Both the position numbers and the translations under genes were made by a program. Source: an uncultured cyanobacterium (GTDB lineage: Bacteria > Cyanobacteriota > Cyanobacteriia > Phormidesmidales > Phormidesmidaceae). Taken from it: a stretch of 64,000 nucleotides of DNA. The notes beneath the pieces were generated by a model. It saw only the letters and a program-made list of their open reading frames with translations. It was not told the origin of the DNA and made no database searches. Where the stretch lies: contig CAWBZI010000001.1 of assembly GCA_963793265.1 (NCBI GenBank), forward strand, positions 288,001 to 352,000, given 5' to 3'. Below, piece by piece: positions 17,714-27,756 of the stretch; the stretch's first letter is position 1, and every line of letters starts with the position of its first letter.

Positions 17714-20700
17714 ATGACCCCCTCTCTACAAAGAATTGGTAGCTTTACTAGCACCACAGGCGCTGAGATTTCTGCTTACGATAGCATTCGTCAACTGCTA
17801 TACGTCGTCTCGGGAAACACAACGCTTCAAGCTATTGATATTAGTGACCCTACCACGCCTGTCGAAGTTCTCTCGTTTGATATTGCCCGGCTTGATCAGC
17901 CCATAGCAGGAGCGAACAGCATTGCCTTTAAAGATGGATTTGTTGCCGTTGCGCTTGAAGCTGAAGTGCAAACTGATCCGGGCGCGGTTGCGCTAGTCGA
18001 TGTGGCTGTAGCTGGGGCCGCTCTTGCCAGCGGCGGTGACATTTTAGACGCTATTAAGGTGTTCACGGTTGGCGCGCTGCCTGACATGGTGACCTTTACA
18101 CCCGATGGCTCTAAAATTTTAGTGGCTAATGAAGGCGAGCCCGAGGATGGGATTGATCCAGATGGATCGGTCGGCATTATTGATATTTCGGGTGACTTTG
18201 GTAGCCTCAGCCAGAGCGACGTGACGATTGTTGGTTTTGATCAGTTCAATGGTCAAGAAGCAGCCTTACGCACTGACGGCGTGAGAATTTTCCCAGATGC
18301 GACAGCGGCTCAGGATTTTGAGCCTGAGTATATTGCAGTCTCTTCTGATGGCACGAAAGCCTTTGTGACGCTGCAAGAGAATAATGCGATCGCTATTATC
18401 AACATCAACAGCGCCACCGTCGAAAGCATCAAAGCCTTAGGACTCAAAGATTACAGCCTGCCGGGTAATGGTTTGGATGCCAGCGATCGCGATGACGGCA
18501 TTAACATCAGCCCAGAGCCAGTATTCGGCCTGTATATGCCCGATGCGATCGCCTCATTCGAGGCTAACGGCGAAACCTTCTACCTGATCGCCAACGAAGG
18601 CGACGATCGCGGCGATGCCGACGAAGACGAGCGCGGCGACGCCATCCGACTTAAAGACCTAGCCGATGTTACCTCCTTTGGCCGCAGCGGCCTCACCCTC
18701 GACCCCAGCATTGACCCGGCCCTCCTCGCCGACGATCAGCTAGGCCGACTCGTCATCTCCTCAATCGACGGCGACACCGACGGCGACGGCGACATCGACC
18801 AAATCGTGGCCTACGGCGGTCGCTCCTTCTCTGTGCTTGACAGCGCAGGCAATATTATCTTTGACAGCGGCGACCAAATCGCTCAAATCACCGCTGCCCA
18901 AACCCCCGATCTCTTCAACGCCAATGACGGCGACCCCGAAGCAGTAGACACCCGCTCCGACAACAAAGGCGCAGAGCCCGAAGCCATCACAACTAGCGTG
19001 ATTGATGGTAAAACCTACGCCTTTGTTGGCCTAGAGCGAGCAGGCGGCGGCGTCTTAGTTTACGATCTTACCAACCCAAGCCAGCCCGAGTTTGTTCAAT
19101 ACGTTCGCAGCGACGAAGATATTGCCCCTGAAGGCTTTAGCTTTATCACGGCTGAGCAAAGCCCCACCGGCCAAGCTATCCTTTCAGTCGCTAATGAAGA
19201 ATCTAGTACTGTCGCGCTTTATCAGGTAGGCAATCAAGCTAGCGTAGAACCCTTCCAGCTACAGCTACTACACTTAGCCGACCAAGAGGCAGGCATTCCT
19301 GCTTTAGACGATATTCCACGCGCCTCTGCGGTAGTCAACGCGCTCAAAGACGACTTTGCCAATACGCTGCTGCTCTCTTCAGGCGATGCGTACATTCCAG
19401 GATTGTTCTTTTCTGCCAGTGAAGATGCCTACGGTGGCGCGGGCCGAGCCGATATTCTTATTCAAAACGAACTGGGCGTTCAGGCGATCGCCTTTGGCAA
19501 CCACGAATTCGACCTTGGCACCGAGACTATTCAAGATTTGATCGCAGGCGCTCAAGACGATCCCGAAACCCTCGGTATTGACGAATCATTTATCGGCACC
19601 CTGTTCCCCTACCTCAGCAGCAACCTCGACTTCAGCACCTCCGAAGCGCTCGCGGGTCTAGTCGTTCCTGACGACCAGGCTCCATCACCCAACAGCATCG
19701 CCGCGACGACTGTGATCGATGTGAACGGTGAAAAAGTAGGCGTCGTTGGGGCCACCACGCCGACGCTGCCCGCTATCTCTAGTCCAGAAGATGTCACTGT
19801 GCTGCCGCTAGCGTTTGACGGCGCGCCCACAGACGCTCAGCTAGACGCTTTAGCCGCTGAAATTCAAACCGACGTAGACGAACTGCTCGCGGCTAATCCT
19901 GGACTCAACAAAGTTGTTGTGCTAGCGCATATGCAGCAAATTTCGATTGAGCAAGCGCTGGCTACTCGCCTGAAAAATGTCGATGTCATTGTTGCAGGCG
20001 GATCAAACACTCGCCTGGCCGACCAGAGCGATCGCCTGCGTCCGGGCGACACCGCTCAAGGTGAATACCCCATCTTCTCAACCGACGCCAACGGTGAGCC
20101 CATCGCCATCGTCAACACCGACGGCAACTACCAGTACATCGGTCGCCTGGTTGTGGACTTCGATGCTAGCGGCAACATCATCCCCGACAGCTATGATCCA
20201 GCCATCAGCGGCGTCTACGCTACCGACGAACAGGGCGTAGCTGACTTGAACGCTCAGGGATTAGTTGATCCTGAGATTCAACAGATTGTCGATACGCTAG
20301 AACAGGTAATTGTTGCTAAAGAAAGCAACGTTTTTGGCATCAGCAATGTGTACCTCAACGGTTTACGCGGCAGCGTTCGCACTCAAGAGACTAATTTGGG
20401 GAATCTGACTGCCGATGCTAACTTAGCGATCGCCAAACAAGCCGATGAATCGGTCGTGATCTCACTCAAAAACGGCGGCGGCATTCGCGATGACATCGGT
20501 CAGCTTATCGTGCCACCCGGCGGCACCAGCGAGCCCGAGCGGTTGCCCACCGAAGCGATTCCTGGGGTCAAGCCCGCAGGCGGCATCTCTGAAACCGACA
20601 TTGCCAATAGCCTAAGCTTTAACAACGGCCTGACGCTGCTGACCATTACCGCTGAAGAACTGTTGGCAGTACTTGAGTACGGAATTGCAGCTAGTACGCC

Positions 20701-21550
20701 AGATGACAGCAACACCCAGGGCCGGTTTCCACAGGTTGCTGGAATTGAGTTTAGCTTTGATTTGACGGCTGAAGCGGGCGATCGCGTCCAGTCTCTTGTC
20801 ATCCTCGACGAAGACGGTAGCGACGCCGAAGTGGTTGTTCAAAACAGCGAAATTGTCGGTGACCCTAGCCGCACCTTCCGCATGGTCACGCTCGGCTTTT
20901 TAGCCGACGGGGGCGACGGCTATCCTTTCCCCATGCGCGATGTGGTAGATCTCGATCAGCCAGACGACGCGGCCCGTACAGGCGTAGCTACCTTCGCCCC
21001 CGACGGCTCCGAACAAGACGCCCTCGCTGAATATCTCGCCGCCAACTTTGACGCAGACAATCCCCTCAACGAAGTGGATACTAGCCGCGCTGAAGACACC
21101 CGCATTCAAAATCTCGCCTTCCGCGAAGACACCGTAATTGACGGCGGCACTGGCGGTAATAATGGCAATGGCAGATTCTTTGGCGGTAGCGGTGACGATC
21201 TGTTGTTCGGCGGCAGCGGCAACGACATTCTGTTTGGAGAGTCTGGTGACGATATTCTCTTTGGTGAGGGTGGCAACGACTACCTACGCGGTGGAGCGGG
21301 CACCGATCTGCTCTTTGGTGGAGCCGGTACCGATATCTTTGCACTGGCCCCCGGCGAAGGCACCAATATCATTCTCGACTTCGCAGCAGGCGACCTGATT
21401 GGGTTAACGGGCGGGCTCACACTCGGGCAGATATATCGAGTGCAGTCGGGTGAGAACACTGTGATCGGCACCTATGCAGGTGAGTTGCTTTCTGTGGCGA
21501 TTGGCACCGATGTTGCTCAGTTTAGCGACGGCGCTTTTGTGATGGTGTAG
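17714..21550 (+). CDS. Cyanobacterial PhoA-like alkaline phosphatase: choice-of-anchor I beta-propeller + 5'-nucleotidase metallophosphatase + RTX Ca-binding repeats
   Basis: GAEISAYD, ANEGEP, RSDNKGAEPE, LLHLADQE, SSGD, FGNHEFD and LAHMQ motifs. GGxGxDxLxG nonapeptides at the C-terminus. Upstream Pho box. Confidence 0.9.
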   Translation: MTPSLQRIGSFTSTTGAEISAYDSIRQLLYVVSGNTTLQAIDISDPTTPVEVLSFDIARLDQPIAGANSIAFKDGFVAVALEAEVQTDPGAVALVDVAVAGAALASGGDILDAIKVFTVGALPDMVTFTPDGSKILVANEGEPEDGIDPDGSVGIIDISGDFGSLSQSDVTIVGFDQFNGQEAALRTDGVRIFPDATAAQDFEPEYIAVSSDGTKAFVTLQENNAIAIININSATVESIKALGLKDYSLPGNGLDASDRDDGINISPEPVFGLYMPDAIASFEANGETFYLIANEGDDRGDADEDERGDAIRLKDLADVTSFGRSGLTLDPSIDPALLADDQLGRLVISSIDGDTDGDGDIDQIVAYGGRSFSVLDSAGNIIFDSGDQIAQITAAQTPDLFNANDGDPEAVDTRSDNKGAEPEAITTSVIDGKTYAFVGLERAGGGVLVYDLTNPSQPEFVQYVRSDEDIAPEGFSFITAEQSPTGQAILSVANEESSTVALYQVGNQASVEPFQLQLLHLADQEAGIPALDDIPRASAVVNALKDDFANTLLLSSGDAYIPGLFFSASEDAYGGAGRADILIQNELGVQAIAFGNHEFDLGTETIQDLIAGAQDDPETLGIDESFIGTLFPYLSSNLDFSTSEALAGLVVPDDQAPSPNSIAATTVIDVNGEKVGVVGATTPTLPAISSPEDVTVLPLAFDGAPTDAQLDALAAEIQTDVDELLAANPGLNKVVVLAHMQQISIEQALATRLKNVDVIVAGGSNTRLADQSDRLRPGDTAQGEYPIFSTDANGEPIAIVNTDGNYQYIGRLVVDFDASGNIIPDSYDPAISGVYATDEQGVADLNAQGLVDPEIQQIVDTLEQVIVAKESNVFGISNVYLNGLRGSVRTQETNLGNLTADANLAIAKQADESVVISLKNGGGIRDDIGQLIVPPGGTSEPERLPTEAIPGVKPAGGISETDIANSLSFNNGLTLLTITAEELLAVLEYGIAASTPDDSNTQGRFPQVAGIEFSFDLTAEAGDRVQSLVILDEDGSDAEVVVQNSEIVGDPSRTFRMVTLGFLADGGDGYPFPMRDVVDLDQPDDAARTGVATFAPDGSEQDALAEYLAANFDADNPLNEVDTSRAEDTRIQNLAFREDTVIDGGTGGNNGNGRFFGGSGDDLLFGGSGNDILFGESGDDILFGEGGNDYLRGGAGTDLLFGGAGTDIFALAPGEGTNIILDFAAGDLIGLTGGLTLGQIYRVQSGENTVIGTYAGELLSVAIGTDVAQFSDGAFVMV

Positions 21551-21564
21551 CTGCTCAGAGCACG

Positions 21565-21586
21565 GGGGCATAGCGTGCTATGCCCC
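21565..21586 (+). terminator. Hairpin after the phosphatase gene (also REP-like)
   Basis: GGGGCATAGC-GT-GCTATGCCCC. Confidence 0.6.
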
Positions 21587-21789
21587 TACATCAATGCCGA
21601 TGGCTTTGCTAATTACACGATCTATCTCCTGCCGCCTGAAGCGTAAACCTTTCACGAGCTGATTCTTGCGCAGACTCAACCAGCCAATTATAGCAAACGG
21701 CGGATTGCATTCGTCGTTTGCTAGTCACTTAGCCTGTTGTAACTCAAGGGTTTTAGTCGAACTCTATGCCGTAAGCTAAGTGACCAAAG

Positions 21790-22080
21790 CTATAGTTTAT
21801 CCGTCACAATTTCTAAGGTGCCGCCGTCTTTCTTTGCTTCTAAAGGCTTAGCCGAAAGCATCGCTTCGATCAGGACTCGGGCGCAAGGTTCTGGAGAAAT
21901 GGAAGTGTGAGCGATCGCATCGCAAGCCGCCATCAGCTCAGGCACATCTGTTCTAAAAACTAAAAAGTGAACTCGCCCAGAAAGTCCCACATCTTCAACC
22001 TGCTGGTGCAGCACCTCAATTAGCACATGCTGCCCTTCCCAAAGAGACAACCGGCTAAAGTGCCCAAACACAAATTTATC
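21790..22080 (-). pseudogene. Remnant of a GT4 glycosyltransferase (C-terminal fragment with internal deletion)
   Basis: GHFSRLSLWEGQHVLIEVL...FRTDVPELMAACD..AHTS.SPEP..RVLIEAM aligns to 34664..35878 but lacks about 27 aa and the whole N-domain. Confidence 0.8.
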
Positions 22081-22386
22081 TTATAAACCCATATATCCAT
22101 ACCGCTCTTTTTCTGATGTACCGGGTATAGCCGTCTGCGCAATTGCATCGCTGGGCGTTGTTGATAAGACCGTCGAAGCTGAGGCGGGTATAAAACATGG
22201 CCTTGCATTCATAACGAACGTACGTTCGTTAGAACTTAAAATCACTGGTATAGAACTCTCTCTTGTAGGGTGAGAAGGTTCTCGAAATCAATGTTTTTGT
22301 TTCCGAGTGTTGTAAGTTTCAGACAGTGCCTTCAGTTCACGTGAGCTTTTTCACTGGTTAAGAGCAACGGTAGTTCATGACATACC

Positions 22387-22479
22387 TTCGGGCTCACGAT
22401 GTCGCGCATTATACCAAACGGATAGGAATAGCGTTCGGGCTCACAATGTCGCACATTATACCGAACGGATAGGAATAGC
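22387..22479. repeat. 47-bp tandem duplication (3 mismatches) in the intergenic region upstream of the EPS cluster
   Basis: TTCGGGCTCACGATGTCGCGCATTATACCAAACGGATAGGAATAGC at 22387 and a near copy at 22434. Confidence 0.9.
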
Positions 22480-22985
22480 TTTTTGACTAAGCATTGAGCG
22501 CTATTCCAAAAAAATATCAAGCTTTCATCAGAAAGAGACTAAAAATGTGAACTCAACCCAAAAAATATATCTCTCAAAGGCCCTATTTTAATAGCTTTCA
22601 GCCTTTCATTCAGGATCAAGTCGCAAGCCATACCTTTGTCGCTCTGCTATCTACGCATATTGGCTGAACTTTAAAGGCCAAACTTCATTTGAGCTACCAT
22701 CGGCTCTTCTACTTTAAAACTTAGATTCTTCAATTTCTTGTTTGTTTATAGTCAATTCTTATTGATATAACGTGCAAGTTCGCTTAAGCAAGAGAATTCA
22801 TGTTTTGTCCTAGAGAAGGTATAAGTGTATATGAGGCGTGAGAGAAATGTTCTCAGTGCAAGCTCCTCCGGTTTTTAGGTGATATCATGCCTTTTAGGTA
22901 TATATTTATTATCGACGTTCGTATTAATTACGTAGGTACTGACATGGCCGCATAAGTTTTCTAATAACTTATTAGGATAAAAATA

Positions 22986-24152
22986 ATGAGGATTTCAAAG
23001 CTAACATCGCGCGTTGTATCTTCGGCTACTCTATCTTCAGCTACTCTCAAGCTAGTTGCGTTTGTCTTGTGTTTCTGCTTGCCTACAAAGCTGGCGCTTG
23101 CATCAGACCAAAAAGATTATATAGTAGGCGTTCCTCAGGGTCTCTCTCAGCTTCCACAGATAGGCGAGCAAAATGTAAACAACAGTGTTCCTTTCTCTCG
23201 TAACGTCGCTAGTAGTGAATATCTGTTAGGAACAGGCGATCGCCTCAAGGTCAGCGTATTTAATGCTGATGACTACGGCGGCGAGTTTAGCGTGCTGTCG
23301 GGTGGGGTTTTAAATATCCCTTTGGTGGGAGAAGTGCCGGTTGCTGGGCTGACTATTCAACAGGCTTCGGATGTATTGTCTGCTCGAATGCGGGAATACG
23401 TGCGTCAGCCTAGAGTGACGGTCAGTTTGCTAGCAGCTCGCCCTTTACAGGTGGCTATAGCAGGAGAGATCAATCGCCCTGGTGCTTACACCCTCTCGGC
23501 GGAAGGGGCAGCTAGTGGCGAGAGCATTTCGGCCACGCCGACGCTCACTCAAGCGATTAGTCAAGCAGGCGGGATCACGCAGGCCGCCGACATTCGAGAT
23601 ATTGTAGTACGCCGCCAACAGGCTAGCGCTGCGGATGCTGTAGTCAGCGATCGCGAGATTAATGTCGATTTGTGGCAGCTCTTAAAAGAAGGACAGATTG
23701 ATGCTGATTTGCCTTTACAGCATGGCGATCGCATCATCATCCCAACCGCTATCGCCGTTAGCACCAGTGAAGCGGTCGATCTAGCCTCAGCCAGCTTTTC
23801 GCCCGATACAATTACCGTAAACGTTGTGGGTGAAGTTGAGAACCCAGGGGCGATACAGCTCTCTCCAAATGCGCCGATGAACCAGGCTATTCTAACAGCA
23901 GGCGGATTTAACCGGCGAGCCCGTCGCAGCAGCGTTAGCCTCATTCGACTAAACAACAACGGCACGGTAACGCAACAAGAAATTGACGTTAACTTTGATA
24001 GAGGGATTGATTTTGAGAGCAATCCTCCCCTTAGACCTAATGATACTGTTGTGGTTCGTACTAACGGGCTTAATCGGCTAACAGACACCCTGGGAACTGT
24101 GCTTTCTCCAATCAACAGTAGCTTCAGCCTTTTTCGACTGCTAGGACTGTAG
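22986..24152 (+). CDS. wza: Polysaccharide export protein (Wza/KpsD, SLBB domains)
   Basis: YLLGTGDRLKV, IPLVGEV and repeated GEV..PG SLBB motifs. N-terminal signal region. Confidence 0.9.
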   Translation: MRISKLTSRVVSSATLSSATLKLVAFVLCFCLPTKLALASDQKDYIVGVPQGLSQLPQIGEQNVNNSVPFSRNVASSEYLLGTGDRLKVSVFNADDYGGEFSVLSGGVLNIPLVGEVPVAGLTIQQASDVLSARMREYVRQPRVTVSLLAARPLQVAIAGEINRPGAYTLSAEGAASGESISATPTLTQAISQAGGITQAADIRDIVVRRQQASAADAVVSDREINVDLWQLLKEGQIDADLPLQHGDRIIIPTAIAVSTSEAVDLASASFSPDTITVNVVGEVENPGAIQLSPNAPMNQAILTAGGFNRRARRSSVSLIRLNNNGTVTQQEIDVNFDRGIDFESNPPLRPNDTVVVRTNGLNRLTDTLGTVLSPINSSFSLFRLLGL

Positions 24153-24200
24153 ATCTAGGATCTGTATATCTAGGATCTGTATATCTAAGATCTGTAGATC
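24141..24200. repeat. About 4 x 15-bp tandem repeat CTAGGATCTGTATAT
   Basis: Read directly. Begins within the last codons of wza. Confidence 0.9.
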
Positions 24201-24274
24201 AGTAGTCTCCTATGCAAAAAAGAGACTTAGCAACGCATCAATCGATAAACAAGCGTAATTAATAAATAAGCGTT

Positions 24275-25417
24275 ATGAAAGCTGCATTAGTGCATGACTA
24301 TTTAACTCAAAAAGGCGGTGCAGAGCGCGTATTCAAGCTGCTTTGTCAACACTTCCCACTGGCAGACGTATACACGTCTCTCTATAGCGCTACGACCAGT
24401 ATTGATCTAGGTCAGCACCGGGCTATCCATACAACTCGACTTCAGGCCGTGCCAGGGGGTGCAAGGTATTTTAGACTGCTTGCACCGTTTTACTTTTCGG
24501 CTTTTGAGGCGTTAGATCTACAAGACTATGACTTGATTATTAGCAGTACGACTAGCTTTGCTAAGGCGGTTAAAAAGCGACCGGATGCGACGCACATATG
24601 CTTTTGCCACAACATTACTCGCTTTTTGTGGGATACCGATACCTATTTGCGTCAGTACCAAAACTACAAACGGCTTTATCCTCTAATCAATCCTGTTTTC
24701 TCTCGAATGCGAGAGATTGATCTCAAATACGCTCAAAATCCTGACTTTTATGTTGCTAATTCAAGTACGGTCGCTGCTCGTATTGAGCACGTCTATCGGC
24801 GTCCGGCAGTGGTGGTCAATTTCCCAATCGATGTGCCTAGCTTTCTTTTTAGTGAACAAAAAGACGACTTTTATCTGGTGTCTGCCAGGCTCATCAGCTA
24901 CAAGCGTATCGACATTATTGTTGAAGCTTTTAACTGGCTAGGACTGCCGCTGTTGATTATTGGCGATGGGCCTGAAAGAGAACATTTAGAGGCTAAGGCA
25001 CTTGATAATATTGCTTTTTTGGGTCATGTGAGTGATGCTGAGCGATCGCACTTAATGTCGCGCGCCCAGGCGGTTGTTGTCGCGGCGCTTGAGGACTACG
25101 GGCTAGTGCCGATAGAAGCCAATGCCAGTGGGACGCCCGTGATTGCCTATGGCGCTGGTGGCGTGCTAGACACTCAAGTCCCTGGAAAAACAGGCGTTTT
25201 CTTCAATCGTCAGTCGCCAGAGGCCATTCAGGCGGCAGTTACCGAGGCCGCTCAAATTCAATGGGACTACGCTGCCATTCGAGGCCATGCGGTAAGTCGT
25301 TTCTCAGAAGGCGTATTTTTTGAGCAGGTCGAGCAGCTGATTGAACGTGTACTGAGCCAGCCAAAGCATCTGGGGTTAGAGACAAAGAACGAAGCGCCAA
25401 GACTAGCAGCCCATTAG
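24275..25417 (+). CDS. GT4 glycosyltransferase (WbaZ-like mannosyltransferase)
   Basis: HDYLTQKGGAERV, RLISYKR and EDYGLVPIEA motifs. Confidence 0.92.
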   Translation: MKAALVHDYLTQKGGAERVFKLLCQHFPLADVYTSLYSATTSIDLGQHRAIHTTRLQAVPGGARYFRLLAPFYFSAFEALDLQDYDLIISSTTSFAKAVKKRPDATHICFCHNITRFLWDTDTYLRQYQNYKRLYPLINPVFSRMREIDLKYAQNPDFYVANSSTVAARIEHVYRRPAVVVNFPIDVPSFLFSEQKDDFYLVSARLISYKRIDIIVEAFNWLGLPLLIIGDGPEREHLEAKALDNIAFLGHVSDAERSHLMSRAQAVVVAALEDYGLVPIEANASGTPVIAYGAGGVLDTQVPGKTGVFFNRQSPEAIQAAVTEAAQIQWDYAAIRGHAVSRFSEGVFFEQVEQLIERVLSQPKHLGLETKNEAPRLAAH

Positions 25418-25467
25418 AACAGCGACGGATAGAACAGCGACGGACAGTTATAGAAGGAGGAAGCACG

Positions 25468-27717
25468 GTGACGAATGTACAAACGCCTTTAGCTGAAGAC
25501 TCTGAATTGACTTACGGGCAACTGCTGAAAGTTTTGCGGCGAAGGATTTTATGGCTAGCGGGCGCGGCCGTCGGCTCAATCGGATTAGCGACACTCATGA
25601 CACTGGTTCAATCGCCCACTTACAAAAGCTCAATGCAGCTATTAGTCGAACCCAATGTCAGCTCCACATTTACATTTAACCCAGAGGAGGGTAGAGGCCC
25701 GGCCTCTTTTTCGGAGGTAGCACTCGACTATGCCACTCAGCTAAACTTGATGCGCAGCCAGCAGTTTGTTGAGCAGGTTGTTGCCTTGCTCGAAGTTAAC
25801 ACGCCCAACCTCTGCGCAGAAGTTGAGCGCCGAGAAGATTGCATTGAAGCATTTCAAGACTCGCTAAACCTGTTTCAGGTGGAAGAAGGTGACGCCAACA
25901 CGCGCATTTTTGAAGCCACTTTTACCAGTGACGATCCGCTCACAACCCAACAGTCTTTAGAGGCGCTGCAAACCGTATATTTAGACTACAACCTGAAGCA
26001 GCAGAAGCAGCGGCTTGATGAAGGACTAGCGCTGGTTAACCAACAGATTAAACAAGTTCAAGACGACTTACGTCAGTCTCAAGAATCGCTACAGCAGTTT
26101 CGCCAAGACGAAAATCTGATCGATCCTGAACAGCAGTCATTGGCAACGGCTGCGGCGCTAGATGAGCTGGCGTTAACCCGGCAGACAACGGAGGCTGATT
26201 TTCAGGAGACAATGGCTCAGTATGAGTCGCTTCAGCAGGCCCTTTCCCTAGACCCTCGGCAGGCAGTGATGGCTTCTCGGCTGAGCCAGTCTGGCCGCTA
26301 TCAGGGCTTGCTAGATGCTTTGCAAGCTAGCGAACTAGCGCTGGCCCAAAGGCTGGCTACCTATACTAACTCTGATCCTGTTGCCCAAGATTTGCAGGTG
26401 CAGCGCGATCGCCAGGTGAATTTGCTGCGGCAAGAAAGCCAGCGTCTTTTGGGCAGTGCAGACGCCAGCGAATCGCGTTTGCTAGCAGAGGGCCAGCTAG
26501 GCGAGAACGATTTGGCGCTGGTTCAAGAGATGATTACGACGAGAGTTAGGCTAGATAGCCTAGCGGCAAGACAGGCAAGTTTGGCTCAAACCGAGCAGTC
26601 TCTACAGCAGCTCCTCAATCGCTACCCTGACTTAATTGCTCAGTACGATCGCCTCCAGCCCGATGTAGAAACGCAACGCGCTTCGTTAGAACAACTGCTA
26701 GAAACTCGTCAGGAGCTGAGCAACGAGATAGCGCAAGGTGGCTTTAAGTGGGAGGTCGTAGAACCTCCTCTGCTAGGACGTAAGATTTCACCTAGCCTCA
26801 AGCAAAATCTGGCTCTCGGCGCAGTGGCAGGTCTTTTTATTGGTGGCATTCTTGCCTATGGCCGCGAAGCGCTCGATACTGTTGTCAGAACATCAGAAGA
26901 TCTAAGAAAGCAAACAGCACTGCCTCTATTAGGGGTGTTGCCTGAAGTTAAAGAACCTGCTGGCAAATATATTCCTAGATATATTCCACTGACGCGATCG
27001 CTCAAGACCTCTGCTGTAGAAATGTCTTCTTTACTGAGCAAAGTGCAGCAGGAGCCTTTTCGTGAAGCTATCGATTTAATTTACAAGAACATTCAGCTAG
27101 CCGCTGGCTCTCTCAAGTCAGTGATGGTGACCTCGGCAACGGCTGGAGAGGGTAAAACTACTCTGGCCGTTGGCTTAGCGTTGAGTGCAGCGCGATCGCA
27201 GCAGCGCGTTTTACTCATAGACGCCGACCTGCGCAATCCCGCGCTTCACCAGCAGCTAGGGCTTTCTAATACCGCCGGACTCACAACGCTATTGTCGTCG
27301 GCAGAGATGCCCCTACCGATCAGCGTTTTTCTGGGCGATACCCAAATAGACATTCTGCCAGCCGGGCCCCTTTCTCACGACCCCGTACGGCTGCTCAACT
27401 CTCATCGGATGAGAGAGTTAACGGCCAAGCTCGAACGCCAGTATGACCTGATTGTATTTGATACATCCACCCTTCTTGGACGGGTAGACGCCCTACAGAT
27501 TGCCTCTCTATGCAGAGGCGTTGTATTAGTTAGCCAGCTCGACCAAATTACCCAGGCCGAGCTGACTCAGGCAACGACTATTCTTTCTCGGGTTAACACG
27601 CTTGGCATTGTGGCCAACGGTCGCAGCAGTCCTTTATCTGTTTACTCATCGGATTCAATTCCCCTGCCCCCACTCGAAAATGGCGCTTCGCCCGCTACTT
27701 CTGCTGCTCGAACTTAA
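25468..27717 (+). CDS. wzc: Polysaccharide co-polymerase / BY-kinase (Wzc/GumC)
   Basis: Two TMs flanking a coiled coil. Walker A SATAGEGKTT and LIDADLR motifs. Confidence 0.9.
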   Translation: MTNVQTPLAEDSELTYGQLLKVLRRRILWLAGAAVGSIGLATLMTLVQSPTYKSSMQLLVEPNVSSTFTFNPEEGRGPASFSEVALDYATQLNLMRSQQFVEQVVALLEVNTPNLCAEVERREDCIEAFQDSLNLFQVEEGDANTRIFEATFTSDDPLTTQQSLEALQTVYLDYNLKQQKQRLDEGLALVNQQIKQVQDDLRQSQESLQQFRQDENLIDPEQQSLATAAALDELALTRQTTEADFQETMAQYESLQQALSLDPRQAVMASRLSQSGRYQGLLDALQASELALAQRLATYTNSDPVAQDLQVQRDRQVNLLRQESQRLLGSADASESRLLAEGQLGENDLALVQEMITTRVRLDSLAARQASLAQTEQSLQQLLNRYPDLIAQYDRLQPDVETQRASLEQLLETRQELSNEIAQGGFKWEVVEPPLLGRKISPSLKQNLALGAVAGLFIGGILAYGREALDTVVRTSEDLRKQTALPLLGVLPEVKEPAGKYIPRYIPLTRSLKTSAVEMSSLLSKVQQEPFREAIDLIYKNIQLAAGSLKSVMVTSATAGEGKTTLAVGLALSAARSQQRVLLIDADLRNPALHQQLGLSNTAGLTTLLSSAEMPLPISVFLGDTQIDILPAGPLSHDPVRLLNSHRMRELTAKLERQYDLIVFDTSTLLGRVDALQIASLCRGVVLVSQLDQITQAELTQATTILSRVNTLGIVANGRSSPLSVYSSDSIPLPPLENGASPATSAART

Positions 27718-27756
27718 TTAACTGCCTGCCTATTATCCTACGCCCCAAAGGTTCCT

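Noticed and set aside
22387..22479. Possible CRISPR mini-array
   Set aside because: Two directly adjacent 47-bp units with no unique spacer and no cas genes. This is a simple tandem duplication.
24141..24200. Possible CRISPR or iteron array
   Set aside because: 15-bp head-to-tail units with no spacers and no rep gene.
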